This document shows, piece by piece, positions 28,226 through 47,819 of a stretch of DNA of 64,000 nucleotides. Location: NCBI RefSeq assembly GCF_009914755.1, contig NC_060932.1, one strand, 5' to 3'. A program made the translations under genes and the position numbers. Origin of the DNA: the human T2T-CHM13v2.0 reference genome, Homo sapiens. Numbering within the stretch: the first letter of the stretch is position 1; every line of letters begins with the position of its first letter. The notes under the pieces are model-generated. The model did no database searches and had not been told where the DNA came from. It was given only the letters and a program-made list of their open reading frames with translations.

Positions 28226-30984
28226 AATTTTTTTTGTTTTTTGTTTTGTTTTGTTTTTTTAAGTTTTCAAAGTCCAAGGTTGCAATTCTTTAAAGGAAAG
28301 GGGTGGTGGAGCCATGGCACAAAGCCAAAATAACCAGAGAGAACTGGGAAGCCAATGAGCAAGGTATAGCAGACACTCCAACAATAGGAGTGATGGGAAG
28401 GGGGAGGGTAAGACAGAGTAATTGTTGAGCCACTGGATGGTAGTGACTTTCCTTAGTCATGCCTCCTGACCATAGGCATGCCTTGTGCATTTTAAGGTAC
28501 TAAAACTGAAAGCACCCTTCAACCCAATCTCCCAAACAAGTGAGAAGATAAGGAGCTTGGTATCCTTGGTTTCAGCATGTAGAAAGGATGATTGAATTTT
28601 AAAGTCTTGTACCAAGAGGGAATCGATTTTTAATTCAGAATATGTTGCCAAAAAGAGACTCAAGTTCAAATCACCAAAAGAAAAGTCAGAACCAGAATTC
28701 AGAGTCAAAAACAGGAAGGGAATCCAGAAGAAGGAATGTGCAGAAAGGATAACGGTGAGCAGAGAGAATGAAGGGAACCAAGCTTGGAAGATGAGAACTC
28801 ACGGTGCCAATGCCCACAGTGGACTTTTATGTAATTTCCCGTCACTTGAGTGGAAATGACATGTGAATTTCAAGGGACGAAAATTCTCAGGATAGAGATT
28901 GTTCTGGGGAAAGTCTCTTTTGGAACCACTCATTTCAAGGAGAAGGCACCAACCCTACAATTGTAGCTGCTTGGCACATACTGTTTGGTAAAATCTAACC
29001 ACATGAGGAAGGCAGCCAAGATGAGCTGGGACAGACTAACCTTGTTGTATGTATGCCAGCAGCTTTGAATTAGCATGGTCAAAGCACTTCCACCAAGAAA
29101 GGCAAGATCTTCTCAAGGTAATGTCCCCAAAAATTAATGGAAAATAATTTTTGGTTATTTTTACTCCTGTAGAGTAGAATTAACTTTGGCTGAGAGGAGC
29201 TGAGTGGTAGGCTCAGGTCTCAAGGTCATTGCAATAAGTTCTGCCCAGTGGAATATGGTCCCTTTTATTATAACTGGTATGGCTATTGGCCAGGTTTAGG
29301 TAGAAACAGTCAAGTCAGAAATGAACAACACCTTTGGCCTCAGAAAGACCATGGCTATGTGAAATAGATATGTTTCTTCTTTTCCTTCTTGAAATTATTA
29401 AGTCTATTTCTGGTGTAACAGTGGGGAATAAATCACCAGTAGTATCTAGCCATCTTTGATTGTTCTAGAGATCCGAGTCTTACAGCAAAATCACTCACAT
29501 CTTATCTGATCTCAAGAAGTTGCCTTTCCTGGACACAATATCATATTTATGGGCTTCCAAACTCATATCCCTTGGGGTTTTCCCAGAGAGGGAGCCACTG
29601 CAAGCTTCAAATTTTGTTCAAGGAATTATTTAATATGATATCCAAATAGATAAGAATCTTTCTGCCCAGGAGGTCCATGTAGGATCAGATTCATAATCAC
29701 AGACAGTTGTGAAAGAACAACACAAGCTGAAGAGCATTATTATTTGTTCCTCTACTTCAGAAAGCTTTCTACCTTTCATTCTCCCTAATCTATAGGAGAT
29801 GGTGGGTACGTACAACACTGGTTCCATTCACAGTTGTTCACCATGGTACTAGACTAGAAGATGGAAAATCAGCAAGAGAAGGTAGCGGTCTCAAATGATT
29901 AAGACATATTTATTAATGAGGACCTTGTTTAGAAGACAGAGAGGGAGTATTATGCGTGGCAGTTGCACAAGTACTAGTTAAGAATCGCTAACACAGCTGT
30001 ACCTTTACTGCTTCCTGATTAAAAAAAAAAAATACCTGCTAATAGATGGCCAATCCGGATTGCCAGAGAAAGACGTGATACCATAGACTATGAGAGAGAT
30101 CTCCTCAGGCAGGCTGAAAGGAACAGAGGTAGTGCTGGTGGTAGGACTCTGAGAGTCAATAGAAAGCATGGATCTTAGTAAGAGAGACATCCTAGTTTCC
30201 AGTCAGAAGAGGCCTGATCCTCAGAATTTGCCTGAAACTTTAGGATTTTCATGTTTGACCTGGATATCAGTGCCAATTCTCCAGGGATGCAGAAGACGCC
30301 CCTCACCTTCCTGGCTGGTGAGCAGGGTACATTGGGATGTGAAATGAACTTTGCTGGCAGCCTGGCGGTGTTTAGCAGTGATGATTACATCTGGCATCTC
30401 AGGTGCTTATAAGCAAAATGCTTGTTCATAGGGCTTGCTCTCACAACTTTACTGAGAGACCAGAGGTTTGGGTCTGCTGGACAATTTTTAAGACTGCACC
30501 CTCAGGTTCTTGAAAAATTGAACCCACAAGGTATGCCTGTTTATTCAAATCACAGAGCTATAACAAAGGGCTGCTGACTCCCAACTATATCTTTTACCCA
30601 TGGATGACAGCATTGGCCTCATGTTGGTGGTCAATCTATGTACCTCCTCCTGCACAGAATTGCAAGGAGTGGAAGGCAGTGCCTACCTTGTCATCTGGGA
30701 GTGACTTATGTACTTGTATGAATGTCACTTGAAGGAAATTTGCTGAAGGGCTAAGCAGGCACTACCATGAGAAAAGTTCAAGATTAGATGGTCTCCAAAA
30801 GTTTTCATAATGTTAACATCTATTTACTTTCATATCTGAATTTGAAAAAAAATGCTTATTAACACAAATATATCTCAAGTTGGTAAAATTTTAGGCATTC
30901 TAATAAAGTGAAGGAGGAATTGATTAATTTTTAGGCATAGTAGAGCAATAATCTGCCCAGAAGTTGACTGTTGTTTTGAATGTT

Positions 30985-31065
30985 TGCACACACGTGTACA
31001 TATGCACATATGCACGCGTGTGTGCATGCGCGCACGTGCGCGCGCACGTGCACACACACACACAC
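30985..31065. repeat. 81-bp perfect alternating purine-pyrimidine tract (Z-DNA-prone)
   Basis: tgcacacacgtgtacatatgcacatatgcacgcgtgtgtgcatgcgcgcacgtgcgcgcgcacgtgcacacacacacacac. Confidence 0.92.
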
Positions 31066-31382
31066 TTACAAATAGCCACACTGTGTTTTATAGGATATAC
31101 ACAATGATGTTTCTATTCTGCCCTTTGCCCAAATAGGTGAGCTTTTAGTAACGAAAAGAATGATTCTGGTTCTTAGCCTTGGAGATAATGGGGAAGTGCC
31201 TTGGCAAAAGATAAAAGGGAAAGAAAACTTTTGTTCTTCTAGATCAATTATACTCAAACAGGCATACAACAAAATCACCAGGAAAATTTAATAAAAATAC
31301 AGATTTCAGAGCCCCTTCCTAACATATTTCTGAGTCTACAGCTAACATGTATCATTATAGGCCTGTAGAGAACTCTCTATTC

Positions 31383-31570
31383 CAGTGGTTCTCAAACTTG
31401 AGCATGCATCCGAATCCTCTGGAGTGCTTGTTAAACACAGCTTGCTGGGCCCCACCCCCACTTTCTGGTTCAGTAGATCTGAAGTGAAGTTCAAAAATTT
31501 GTATTTCTAACAAGTTCCCAGGGGGTGCTCACACTATTGGTCTGAGGACCACATTTTGAGAACCATTACT
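31383..31570. mobile_element. MER5A (hAT-Charlie) MITE, with further MER5-like fragments on both sides
   Basis: cagtggttctcaaactt...ggaccacattttgagaaccatt terminal inverted repeats. Confidence 0.88.
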
Positions 31571-32132
31571 CCATTTAGATCATGAACCAGCTCTTCTACT
31601 TTCTGACTAGATGCTACGGGATTAGGTCCCCGATTCAAAGGGTGTCAGAGATTTGAATTTTTATCAAATCACCCAAGTGTTTCCTATACAAGTGTTACTT
31701 TGAGAATGCCAATTTAGGCTCCTTGATCTTTGGTTATATTTTTAATATTAACTTCTGGTTATAGCCTTTACAACCTTGGGATGCCCAAGATGATTCAATA
31801 GCAGAGGCCTATCCCAGATGATTCCTACTGTCTTGAAACCCTGCTAAAATCTGACTTCCTCCTACTTGCTTGCAATTGGCACATCACATGCCTAGACTGA
31901 CCAATGAATATATTGATTCCACAGTTACCATGAACTAGATCTAACTAAAGAAACCAGTTGGAGTCTCTGCTGGCATGGCACCGGCTTTGATTTCAGGACT
32001 AATTCTTGGTGGCAGGCTTATGATCACCGGGCACTAGTGATGATGAAGCCCTTAGTGGGCACAATTTACTAGCTGTGCTGGGGACTCACTGCAACTGACC
32101 CAGAAGGTATCTCTTTAAAAGTAGCAGTGTCT

Positions 32133-32428
32133 GGCTGGGCAGGGTGTTTCACCTCTGTAATCCTAGCACTTTGAAAGGCCAAGGCGAGCAGATCACGAGC
32201 TCAGGAGTTTGAGACCATCCTGGCCAACATGCCGAAACCTTGTCTCTACTAAAAATATAAAAATCAGCCAGATGTGGTGGCTCATGCCTGTAATACCAGC
32301 TACTCTGGTGGCTTAGGCATGAGAATCACTTCAACCCAGGAGACAGAGGTTGCAGTGAGCCAAGATCGCACCACTGCACTCCAGCCTGGACAACAGAGGA
32401 AGACTCTGTCTCACAAAACACAAAAAAA
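32133..32428 (+). mobile_element. AluS
   Basis: Full dimer; flanking repeat aa(a/g)agtagcag. Confidence 0.9.
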
Positions 32429-33044
32429 GAGTAGCAGGATCTTTTCTTGTTTACATGCCAGGTGGCTGGCCCATATTTCTTCATTTCTAACCTGCTAGGC
32501 ATTACCCATCCAACTGTGTGACCCATGGCTGGGCACATGCACATCCACTTGGTGTCCTTTGTGGGAAAAAACAGGACATGTGATAGTGGGAACTCTGTTG
32601 AGGAGAGCAGGGGCTTCAGGAAGAGCGGGAGATGCGGCTCTGGTACAAGCCCACAAGGCTCTGAGTGACAGGTTCACTAGTGGAGAGCTGAGCCACTGGA
32701 CTAACAGTGGTTGAATGAGCGGGTTATCTTCTGGTGCAGGTCTTCCTACATTTGTCCTCTAAAGTAAAAAGTTGCTATTCCCGTTCTCTACATAATGTGG
32801 ATTAGTCCTAGCCCTTCAACACTCTCCCTAGCTCACTCCTTTAGCCAATGGGACACATTTTCAAAGCAGAGGGCATCAAGTAAGGAATTTTATCTGATGT
32901 CGTGCAATAATTAACATCATGATATAACCAGGCTAACCAGCCTCCCTCTGCTAACCTAAAATCGCAAGGAAAGAACATATGAGACATTCATAAGCCCATT
33001 CAATGGTTTCATAAACTTACCTGCTGTCTCCTCCAAAAAGGAAG

Positions 33045-33265
33045 CACAGAGTTTGAATCCTGGCTCTGCCACTTACTAGTTAGTTATGGCTTTGGGTGAG
33101 CTGAACTTCTTTGATCCTCAATCTCCTTGTCTAACAAATAAAAAAATAATGTTAGTGCCTACCTCATAGGATGTCACAACGATTAAATGAGATAATACAT
33201 GCAAAGCACCAATAATAGTTCCTGCCATTTAGTAACCACTCAGCAAATAGAAGATATTATTTATT
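33045..33265 (+). mobile_element. MIR SINE
   Basis: gtttgaatcctggctctgccacttactag...gattaaatgagataatacatgcaaagcac. Confidence 0.87.
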
Positions 33266-35699
33266 GACTTGGAATTTTCTATAAATGGCATTTCTTTCCA
33301 GAAGACTTTTTCTAAATCATTACCAGTGACCTACAGGAAGGAAGAGTTTGTGGGTGACTCAGTAAATGTCTGACATTGATGTATAACAATATTAAGCAAC
33401 TCACTGCTAAATCAAGAGATGCAAAGTGGAAAATTTATGCTGCCTAATTTTAATCACTTAAATACAAATGGAAGTATCTGTGCCTCTTCTGATTTCTAGA
33501 AAACTGGAAACCCCCAGTGACCAGACACAATAAAAGGTAGAAGTGACTCATCTGGAAGTCTGGGAATTCTCTCAGTATGAGATCTTCTGGGAAGACCTAG
33601 ATATTCCCAGCCTTGCCTACACAGGGGCTTTCCTCACCCCTGACCTGTTTGTAGAAATTAAACTGCAGTTTTGCCTTTTCAGCTGCTACCATTGTATCCC
33701 TTCAAAATTTCTACTCGAGGTCTGATAGCAACCATTTACCAAACTTGTAAGTGACACTATGATATCATCTCCAGGTATACCCAAACACCATCACAATCAT
33801 CTTGATTGCAGGAAGTAATTGATTTTGACTATGTGTACAAATAAACATTCCCCTTTCAAGCAATACTATGGGTAATAATCTTTTTTCTCGTTTAATATTA
33901 TCACTAAGTTCTAGTTACCTGGTTCCGCTTTGGCCCAATCTGAGGGCCTTTATTTACATATGAATAAGTGTAAACTATCTTGTTAGAGCAGTCTTGCTAC
34001 ATGCCTCTCAGAAGACAGTAAGCTGTCTACTAGTAAACTACAGGGCCTGCAAATTATTGGAAGGTTACGTTGGGTAAGAACAATAGCAGCCTGTCTCCTC
34101 CTGCAAGATTTCTGGTGAATTGACATCATCTGAATTTTCTCAGCCAGGTATCTGTGGACAACCCATAGAACTTAAGGCATTATTGTATTAATTATCTGGG
34201 ACTGAGCCTATTTGAAATAATCTTAGCATTGCCACTTTTGTCCGTATTTTTCTGTTGATATGAGCCTCTTAGGTTTCATCTTTTATCTTTGCACTTTATA
34301 CACGTTGGAGTGTGTGGCTTTAGAGGAATTAGTTATATTGTAAAGGAGCCACCATTATAGATTTTGCTCATTTTGATAGTACAAAGCCACGCCCCTTAAA
34401 TCATTTTCCTATCAGGTACCTAATTTCTTGTACTAATCACTGACTCATGAACAATACTGCCACCCTCTGGGAGTCCTGGGAAATGCCTTTCAATGTCAAA
34501 AATTGTTAGCATTGGTATGAGACTGGGGTACCCACAAGAAATAAATGACAATATTTGTTTGAGTTGCAAGCTGGGGAAGAAAGGACTATGTTGTTGAGAT
34601 GTCCCAACAATTGTGAGAAGGGAATTTTAGTTGTTTTAACAAAAGCTAAATGAAAGCAGGCATTTTATGAGAGTTCTTGGGGGTTTCCACGAGAGTGGGA
34701 TCAATGCACCCTCTCCAAATACTTGAGAAGCGACTCACAGATGAAATGTCAGCCGGCCACAGTTTATTCATTGTGTGCTACCCTCGCCTGAGATACATGC
34801 TTCACTGCGGAAGTCCCTTTTGTCACCATGCTCATTCTGAGATCCCTCCCTCCCCAGTTTTCTTTTGTGGTTGAATGTCATCAGTGTTCTGATGGCCCCA
34901 TGTTGGTGTGTGATGAAAAGACATTTTGAACCCACTCAGTTGGGTTGCAAATTAATATTGCAGTTCAGAGAAGCCTAGAAGAAAAACCCTATCATGATTG
35001 TTCAGAGAACAATCATGATATTCAAAATCTGGAGGAAGGGCTCTTCTCTTTGATCTCTGAGAAGCTCAAGGCTCCAACACCCAAAGCTAATAGCGGGCAC
35101 TCTTTCTGCTCAGCTTTCTGCTGGATGAGATGACATCCACTAAGCAAGGTGGACCAGTTTCTATGTTGTGAGAGGAGCAAGCACAGCAGAAGTGCTAGTG
35201 ACCTGTCCTGGACAGCAGGTCCCTAGCAATTGCCCTTGCCACACTCAGTCAGCTCCCCCTTCTTTCCTCTGGAATGGAAAGCACAAATAAAATGCAAAAG
35301 CAAGGTCAGCGTGACCCATATGCAGCTGGAGGAACCTGTCTGCCAGGCTCCCCTCAAATCATAAACACTTCTTCTGCCTTCAGTTCTATGCTTGCAATGT
35401 CATAAAGAAAATGAGCTTTCATTTTTACCACTTGTTTACATGGTTTTCAAAGACTTTGTTTATCAAACTGTGCTTGAGTAATAGTACTTCCTCCTTTTAT
35501 ACAACTAAGGTTAATAAAAATGCCAAGCAACTCTTCTGTTTTGTTTAGCTCATTCTGGCATTACCATAGGTAAACATATGTTCTCCTTTGTCTTTTGGTT
35601 TTGAAACTGCCTTTATTGAGCCCTAGAAGTCCAAGAACCCCAGACTGCTATAAACTACCAAGTGTCATTTTAGCTTGTCATGATCACTAATTAGAACTG

Positions 35700-35878
35700 T
35701 TTTTGTTTTTGTTTTTTGTTTTTTGTTTTTTCTTTGAGACAAAATCTCTGTCAGCTAGACTGGAATGCAGCGGCACAATCATAGCTCACTGCAGCCTTGA
35801 CCTCTTGGGCTCAAGCCATCCTTCTGCCTCAGTCTCCTAAAGCCTTAGGATTACTGGCATGAGCCACCTCACCCAGCC
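35700..35878 (-). mobile_element. Single Alu monomer (FRAM/FAM or recombined AluJ)
   Basis: One monomer with T-rich tail; flanking repeat agaactgtt. Confidence 0.8.
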
Positions 35879-37117
35879 AGAACTGTTCTTGAAGGCAAAT
35901 TTTATGTCAACATAAAGAAGTTGATGGGAGGATTCCAGAGTCCTAATGTGCTGGGAAGGGAATGTCTGAACGCAGGGGAAAAAGTCTTGGAAGGACTAAG
36001 GCTGAGAATGAGGGACAGAGGACTAAAGATGAGCTTATCAAAGTATACTTTCATTAAAGGACATTTTACTCACAGATATTCTTACATCCAGTGGAAACTG
36101 GTGTTTAGAGATTCACGAAAATATCACTGCCTAGAATAGAGCCTGACATGTAGTAGGTACTCAACAGATAGAGAATGGATGAATATTGATAAGATGAGGG
36201 TAAGATCACTTTTTAGTTCTTATTGTTTTATCTTCTCTGGATTTGCCATGATAGAAAAATAAACTTTGTTTTAAAGAAGAAAGAAAACAATATGTCAGCT
36301 GAATTAGGAGAAGAACCCAGCATGTAAGCTGCAGAGCACAAGATGGTTTTCCCAAACCACAGCCTCAGCTGCACACAGCAATGAGACCAGGCAACCCAGC
36401 CAGATAATCATTATGTCTTCTGTTCTTCTTTTAATCTTTGGAAATAACTGATTCTCTAATTTTTTTTAAAAAAAGTTTGTTACAAAGCTATTAGAGAACA
36501 GAATATAATCTTGTAATGCCAAGTAATTAGCTTGAAATATGTCTGATACAGCAGTTTAGCTGAAAATCTAAATGTTATTGTGGAAAATCATAGTAAGCAG
36601 CAGCACTTAGAGTTGCAAAATGAAATGACACAGCAGAGAAAAAAGTTTTTGTATTACATTTGTCTCAGCATATATAGTGAATGTCTGATGTGTTTACTTA
36701 TCCTAATGATCACAATAAATTCCATCAGAAAGCATGCTTTGAGGCCTTGCATTTTAAATGTAACTGACCAAGGTCTCTTAATTCAGTAATCTGCATTCAG
36801 AATGACAGTGTTTTCTCTGTCTTCTTAGGGTTGAGCAGAATATGGGTCACGATGGTGCCCTACTCACATGAAGCTGAAGGTAGTGACTACACTAGTTAAC
36901 TGTCACCTGAGTCAACACAAGCAAATGAAATGCACCCAGAAAACTTAGGCCAAATGCTTTCTATCACTTAAAATACAGTATATAAAAGGGCTGCATAAGT
37001 GTTAGTTGTTGTGTTGTTGTTATTATAAAGCCACTTGAGAAACAATCATTATAGAAGAAAAAGTATCAGGAAAACTAAAAGAATGGAACTGGGGCCACGT
37101 GTTAACTGGGCTTTCTC

Positions 37118-43460
<6,343 letters not shown>

Positions 43461-43487
43461 ACAATTTGGCAATCTTGACAACTCTCT

Positions 43488-43625
43488 TTCATTCATTTGT
43501 TCATCCACTCATTGACATAATTCATTCATTCACATCATTTATTCATTCATTCACATCATTTATTCATTCATTCATATATTCCACAAATATTTATGGCATA
43601 CTACAGGGAGCTGAGTTCTAGAAAC
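43488..43625 (-). mobile_element. L2 3' tail with (TTCA)n
   Basis: ttcattcatt repeats, acaaatatttatggcatactac. Confidence 0.7.
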
Positions 43626-44009
43626 AGAATGATGACAATGCAGTTAGAAGACCTCAACACCTTCTCTGTCAGAGGGAAGATTTCAGCTATTAAGAAATCA
43701 GATTTGGGAGGGATGGTTAATTTCTGTAAATAAACTGGGGTCAGATATTCTTTCATGAATTCCAATCTAGGACCCTGAGGCTTTTCTATATGAAAAATAT
43801 TAGTAATTTTGTTTTATTCCAAAAAATATATTATATTTAAGCTTCTCTTTAGACTTTATTTTAGACTGAAAGACATAAATGGCTATAAGCCCTGCAAGAA
43901 TTCCTTAGGAATTAAAACTCCTTTCTTCAATCTCCTCTCTAATTGACCTGCATGAACTCCTGTCAACTCTCCATTACCACATAACAAGGGAAAGACAAGC
44001 TAATGCTCC

Positions 44010-44323
44010 ATTTTTTTTCCTTTGAAACAGTCTTGGTGTACAGTAGCATTAGCCTAGCTCACTGTAGCCTTCAAGTCCTGGGCTAAAGTGATCCTCCTAC
44101 CTCAGCCTTCTAAGTAGCTGGGACTACAAGTGTGAGCCACCACACCCAACTAATTTTTTGTATTTTTTTGTTTTCGTGTGTGTTGTTTCTTTCTTTCTTT
44201 CTTTCTTCCTTTTTTGGTCTCCCTATGTTGTCCAGGCTGGTCTTAAACTCCTGGGCTCAAGTGATCCTCCTGTCTCAGTCTCCCAAACTGCTGGTATTAC
44301 AGGCATGCACCACCACACCCAGC
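44010..44323 (-). mobile_element. AluJ, diverged
   Basis: tagctcactgtagcc, ctatgttgtccaggctggtcttaaactcctgggctcaag. Confidence 0.87.
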
Positions 44324-45149
44324 TCAATGCCACCTTTTGAGTAAAATGCTTTGGGCTTTTCCCAGATTGGTAAGCCTATCTTTCCTGCCTGAGGTTGACA
44401 GATGTCATTGAGAAAGCTATGGGAAACTCAAAAGCACTGTCCACTGCTCAGCTATGGCTGAATAGAATGATAGCAATTTTAGCTGCACTGTGACTTTTCC
44501 CAGGACAGTGTTTGAGTTTTCCAGCCCCCACATTTTATCAGATCAAACCAAACACTTATCAGAACTACAAGTTATCTTAATCAACTTTGAGACTACATTG
44601 ACTGTTGTGTTAGAGTCTTTACACATTTAAATAGAATATTTTTTCTCTTGTCTTCTCTTTTCTGTAGATGGAGGGGCTATAGTTGACCATTTGGAGTGGT
44701 TCACAAACCTAACATACAATATTGTAAAAAATTGGACAGCTTTTCAGATTTATAAGTGTCAGAGCAATGTGATGACAGAACCTCAGGAACAGCCTCTTCC
44801 TGTTTATAGGGCTCAGGATGGAATTAATTTTCAGAGCTGTGACAGAGATCAGCTTCTATGGGATGACACCCCAAGATTTATGGTCCTGAATAAAAAATAT
44901 TGACTGAGGTAGAGACAAAGTCAGTATTTACACCAAAGAAATATTCCTGAGGGTAAATATCTCTGCAGTATTTTATTCATTCAAGAGTGTGACTATTATA
45001 CCATAATTGTAGGTTTGGTTTCCTTTAGGCTATATTGAGCCCAAGGACTGAAGGACAAAGAGGAAGAGGAGAGGTGAGGGGAAGGAAGGATGTGTTTCCA
45101 CAGATTCTATATATTGCAGGCAGTGGTTAATAACATATGACTTGTAGTT

Positions 45150-45440
45150 ACCCATTGACTCAGCAAATATTAATAGCACCTAGTCTGTGCCAGATCCTGT
45201 GCTAGGTTCTAGAGATAAAACAGGGAATACAATAGACATGGCATCTTTTTCTCATGAAGCTCTCAGCATAGTAAGGAAGACAGACATTGAACAAATTATT
45301 AGGTTGGTACAAAAGTAATTGCAGTTTTTGTCATTACTTTTAAAAGCAAAAATCGCAATTACTTTTGCACCAACCTAATATTATAGACGTGAGGTTTATT
45401 ATGAAAAAGGAAGTACAGGTGGCTGCTCTGGGGACATATG
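45150..45440 (-). mobile_element. L2 3' fragment hosting MADE1
   Basis: cagcaaatattaatagcacctagtctgtgccagatcctgtgctagg. Confidence 0.75.
45299..45378. mobile_element. MADE1 MITE (Hsmar1-derived palindrome)
   Basis: ttaggttggtacaaaagtaattgcagtttttg...caaaaatcgcaattacttttgcaccaacctaa, 80 bp, flanked by TA. Confidence 0.93.
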
Positions 45441-45475
45441 ATAATGGAGCCTAACCCAATTGACAAGAAGGGGAG

Positions 45476-45824
45476 TGTATTGGTCTGTTCTCATGCTACT
45501 AATAAAGACATAACCGAGACTGGGTAATTTATAAAGGAAAGAGATTTAATGGACTCACAGTTCCACATGGCTGAGGAGGCCTCACAATCATGGCAGAAGA
45601 TGAAGGAAGAACAAAGGGATGTCTTACATGGCAGCAGGCAAGACAGAGAGCATGTGCAGGGGAACTCCATCAGATCTTGTGATACTTATTTGCTATCACA
45701 AGAAGAGCATGGGAAAGACCTGCCCTCATGATTCAATTATTTCCACTGGGTCCCTCCCACAAAATGTGGGAATTACAGGAGCTACAATCTGAGATTTGGG
45801 TGGGGACACTGCCAAACCATATCA
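45476..45824 (-). mobile_element. THE1 (B/C-like) solo LTR
   Basis: tgtattggtctgttctcatgct...gagatttgggtggggacactgccaaaccatatca; TSD gggag/ggcag. Confidence 0.92.
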
Positions 45825-45988
45825 GGCAGAGAAATCAGGAAGAGGGAAACGAGGGAAACATCCTCCCTAAGCTATGGGGAGTAACAGTTTAGCCAGACAA
45901 AGGTTGGATTGCATCAGAGTGCTGGAGAAAGACTGAGACACTGCAACAGAGAAAAGAGTATGGGCTGTTCTAGTCCTTTAGTGTAGTA

Positions 45989-46205
45989 CAGACATTGGCA
46001 AACTAAATCTGGCCAGTGTTTTTTTTTGTAAATAAAGCATTATTGGAACCCAGACATGTCAATTCACTTACGTATGGTCTAAGGCCATTTTCACACTACA
46101 ACTGCACAGTGGAGCTGATTAGTTGCAAAAGAGATCATATGGCCTGTAACACCTAAAATATTTACTACTTGGCCTTTTACAAAAAAAAAAGTTTGACAAT
46201 TCCAT
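45989..46205. mobile_element. MER58A (hAT-Charlie)
   Basis: ttggcaaact...gtaaataaagcattattggaac...cctaaaatatttactacttggccttttaca. Confidence 0.82.
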
Positions 46206-46224
46206 CTAGAGCAAGTGGCTTAAT

Positions 46225-46612
46225 CATGGTTAGTAATGCTAGACGCTGTAACAAACTACCCCCAAATCTCAGATACTTATACAATAAAATTTCTCTCTCA
46301 TGTCCTAGCTCTTCAAGCAGCTGCTCTGGGCAGGTTTTGTCAAAGTAGCGAAGGCAGGAACACTGCCTTGTGATTTTACTATCTCCTGTCTGAGGGTCCT
46401 GCACACCAGCTGTGCAGATGGAGAACAGAAAACAGAGTTGAGGATATGAAATGCGTTAGGGACCAGGTCTGGAGTGACACACGTTGCTTTCGCTCTCATT
46501 CCATTAGTCATACGATCCCACCAACATCCAAAGGGAGGCTGAAAAAAGAAGTCTTCTCTGTGCTTGAGAAGAAAAGGAAGTTTCGGGGAATACATAGCTA
46601 TGCCTCTGCCAC
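46225..46612 (-). mobile_element. MLT1J-like LTR
   Basis: gctgtaacaaactacccccaaatctcag...catagctatgcctctgccaca. Confidence 0.75.
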
Positions 46613-47819
46613 AGCAGACAAGATGTATTTTTAAACTGGGGCTAAAAATCCTGTGTGGTTGGATTTAGGTGGCATGAGGTAAGGCTGATAGGTAGGCAAA
46701 GGTCAGATTGTGGAGGGTCTTGTAAACCACGTCAAAGATTTATATTTTAACCTGGGTCTGAATTATCAGTTATATGACTCTGATAAGTTATATAACATAG
46801 CTAATCTAATCCTCTGCTTCTTCATCTGTGAAAAGAATGATGCTACCTGTTTATAGAATTGGACAGACTCAAAGAGATATAGTACATAGAGCTTTTAGAA
46901 TATCACCTAACAAACAGTAAACATGTAATAAATTGTAGTTATTTATTGCCAAAACAGAGGAAAGTTCCCCCACCTTTCCCCCAAACTGGCCTTCTCCACC
47001 CACAGGCCCCAAAATGCAGAAGACCCTTTGCTAACCCAGTATACCAAGCCTTATCCCCTAAGAAAGAAATCAAAGCACCCTGAATTGTTTCTCTACCATT
47101 CCATTGGCCTCCATGTTTGCTACCATCTTTTCAAGGGCACATTGGCCTAGAGAACAATCAGGTCCCAGAGTAACTGTTTGTGAAATACATTGACTCCCCA
47201 AATCCTTTACCTTCCCTGAATCAAGATAAGATGACATTAGAAGCTCAGGAAAAAAAAATGTGTGTACACATATGTATATGTATATGTATACGTACACAAA
47301 CAGATACCAAATAGGGCAAGGTTAGAGTGGTAAGACCCAGCTCATCATGTATGCCTAACACCCTACACCTCTAGCCCCATCCTAAACTTATTTTGAGTCC
47401 ATCTTGATCTTTGGATTCCCTGCATGATTTTTAAGGAAAGTTCCTGGCCTGAGGTCTCCATACCCTGGAGAAAGGAGAGTTTTTCTTGAGCTCAAGATAA
47501 CATGTGAAAAACAAAACAAACCAAAAAAAAAAAAAATAGAATAATATGGAAAATTGCAAAACTTTTTGAAAAATAAAAGACATGAGAAGGGATGAGACAA
47601 GCAGATATTGAAAGATTTTATGGAGGTATGGCATGGTACTGACAAAAGAATAGACATCAGTGGTACAAAATATTAAAGTGAGAATTTAATATGGAAATAA
47701 AATCAATGAGGAAAGGGAAGATCATAAAATAAATTATGGTGCCATAAATTATTAGTAATTTGGAGGAAAATATACCCTCACTCACACCATACACACACAC
47801 CCCTTACAGATAGGAGACA

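Noticed and set aside
29861-30180. Protein-like stretches (MENQQEK..., WPIRIARERRDTIDYERDLLRQAE)
   Set aside because: Short, stop-bounded, no pyrimidine-rich acceptor and no family I recognise
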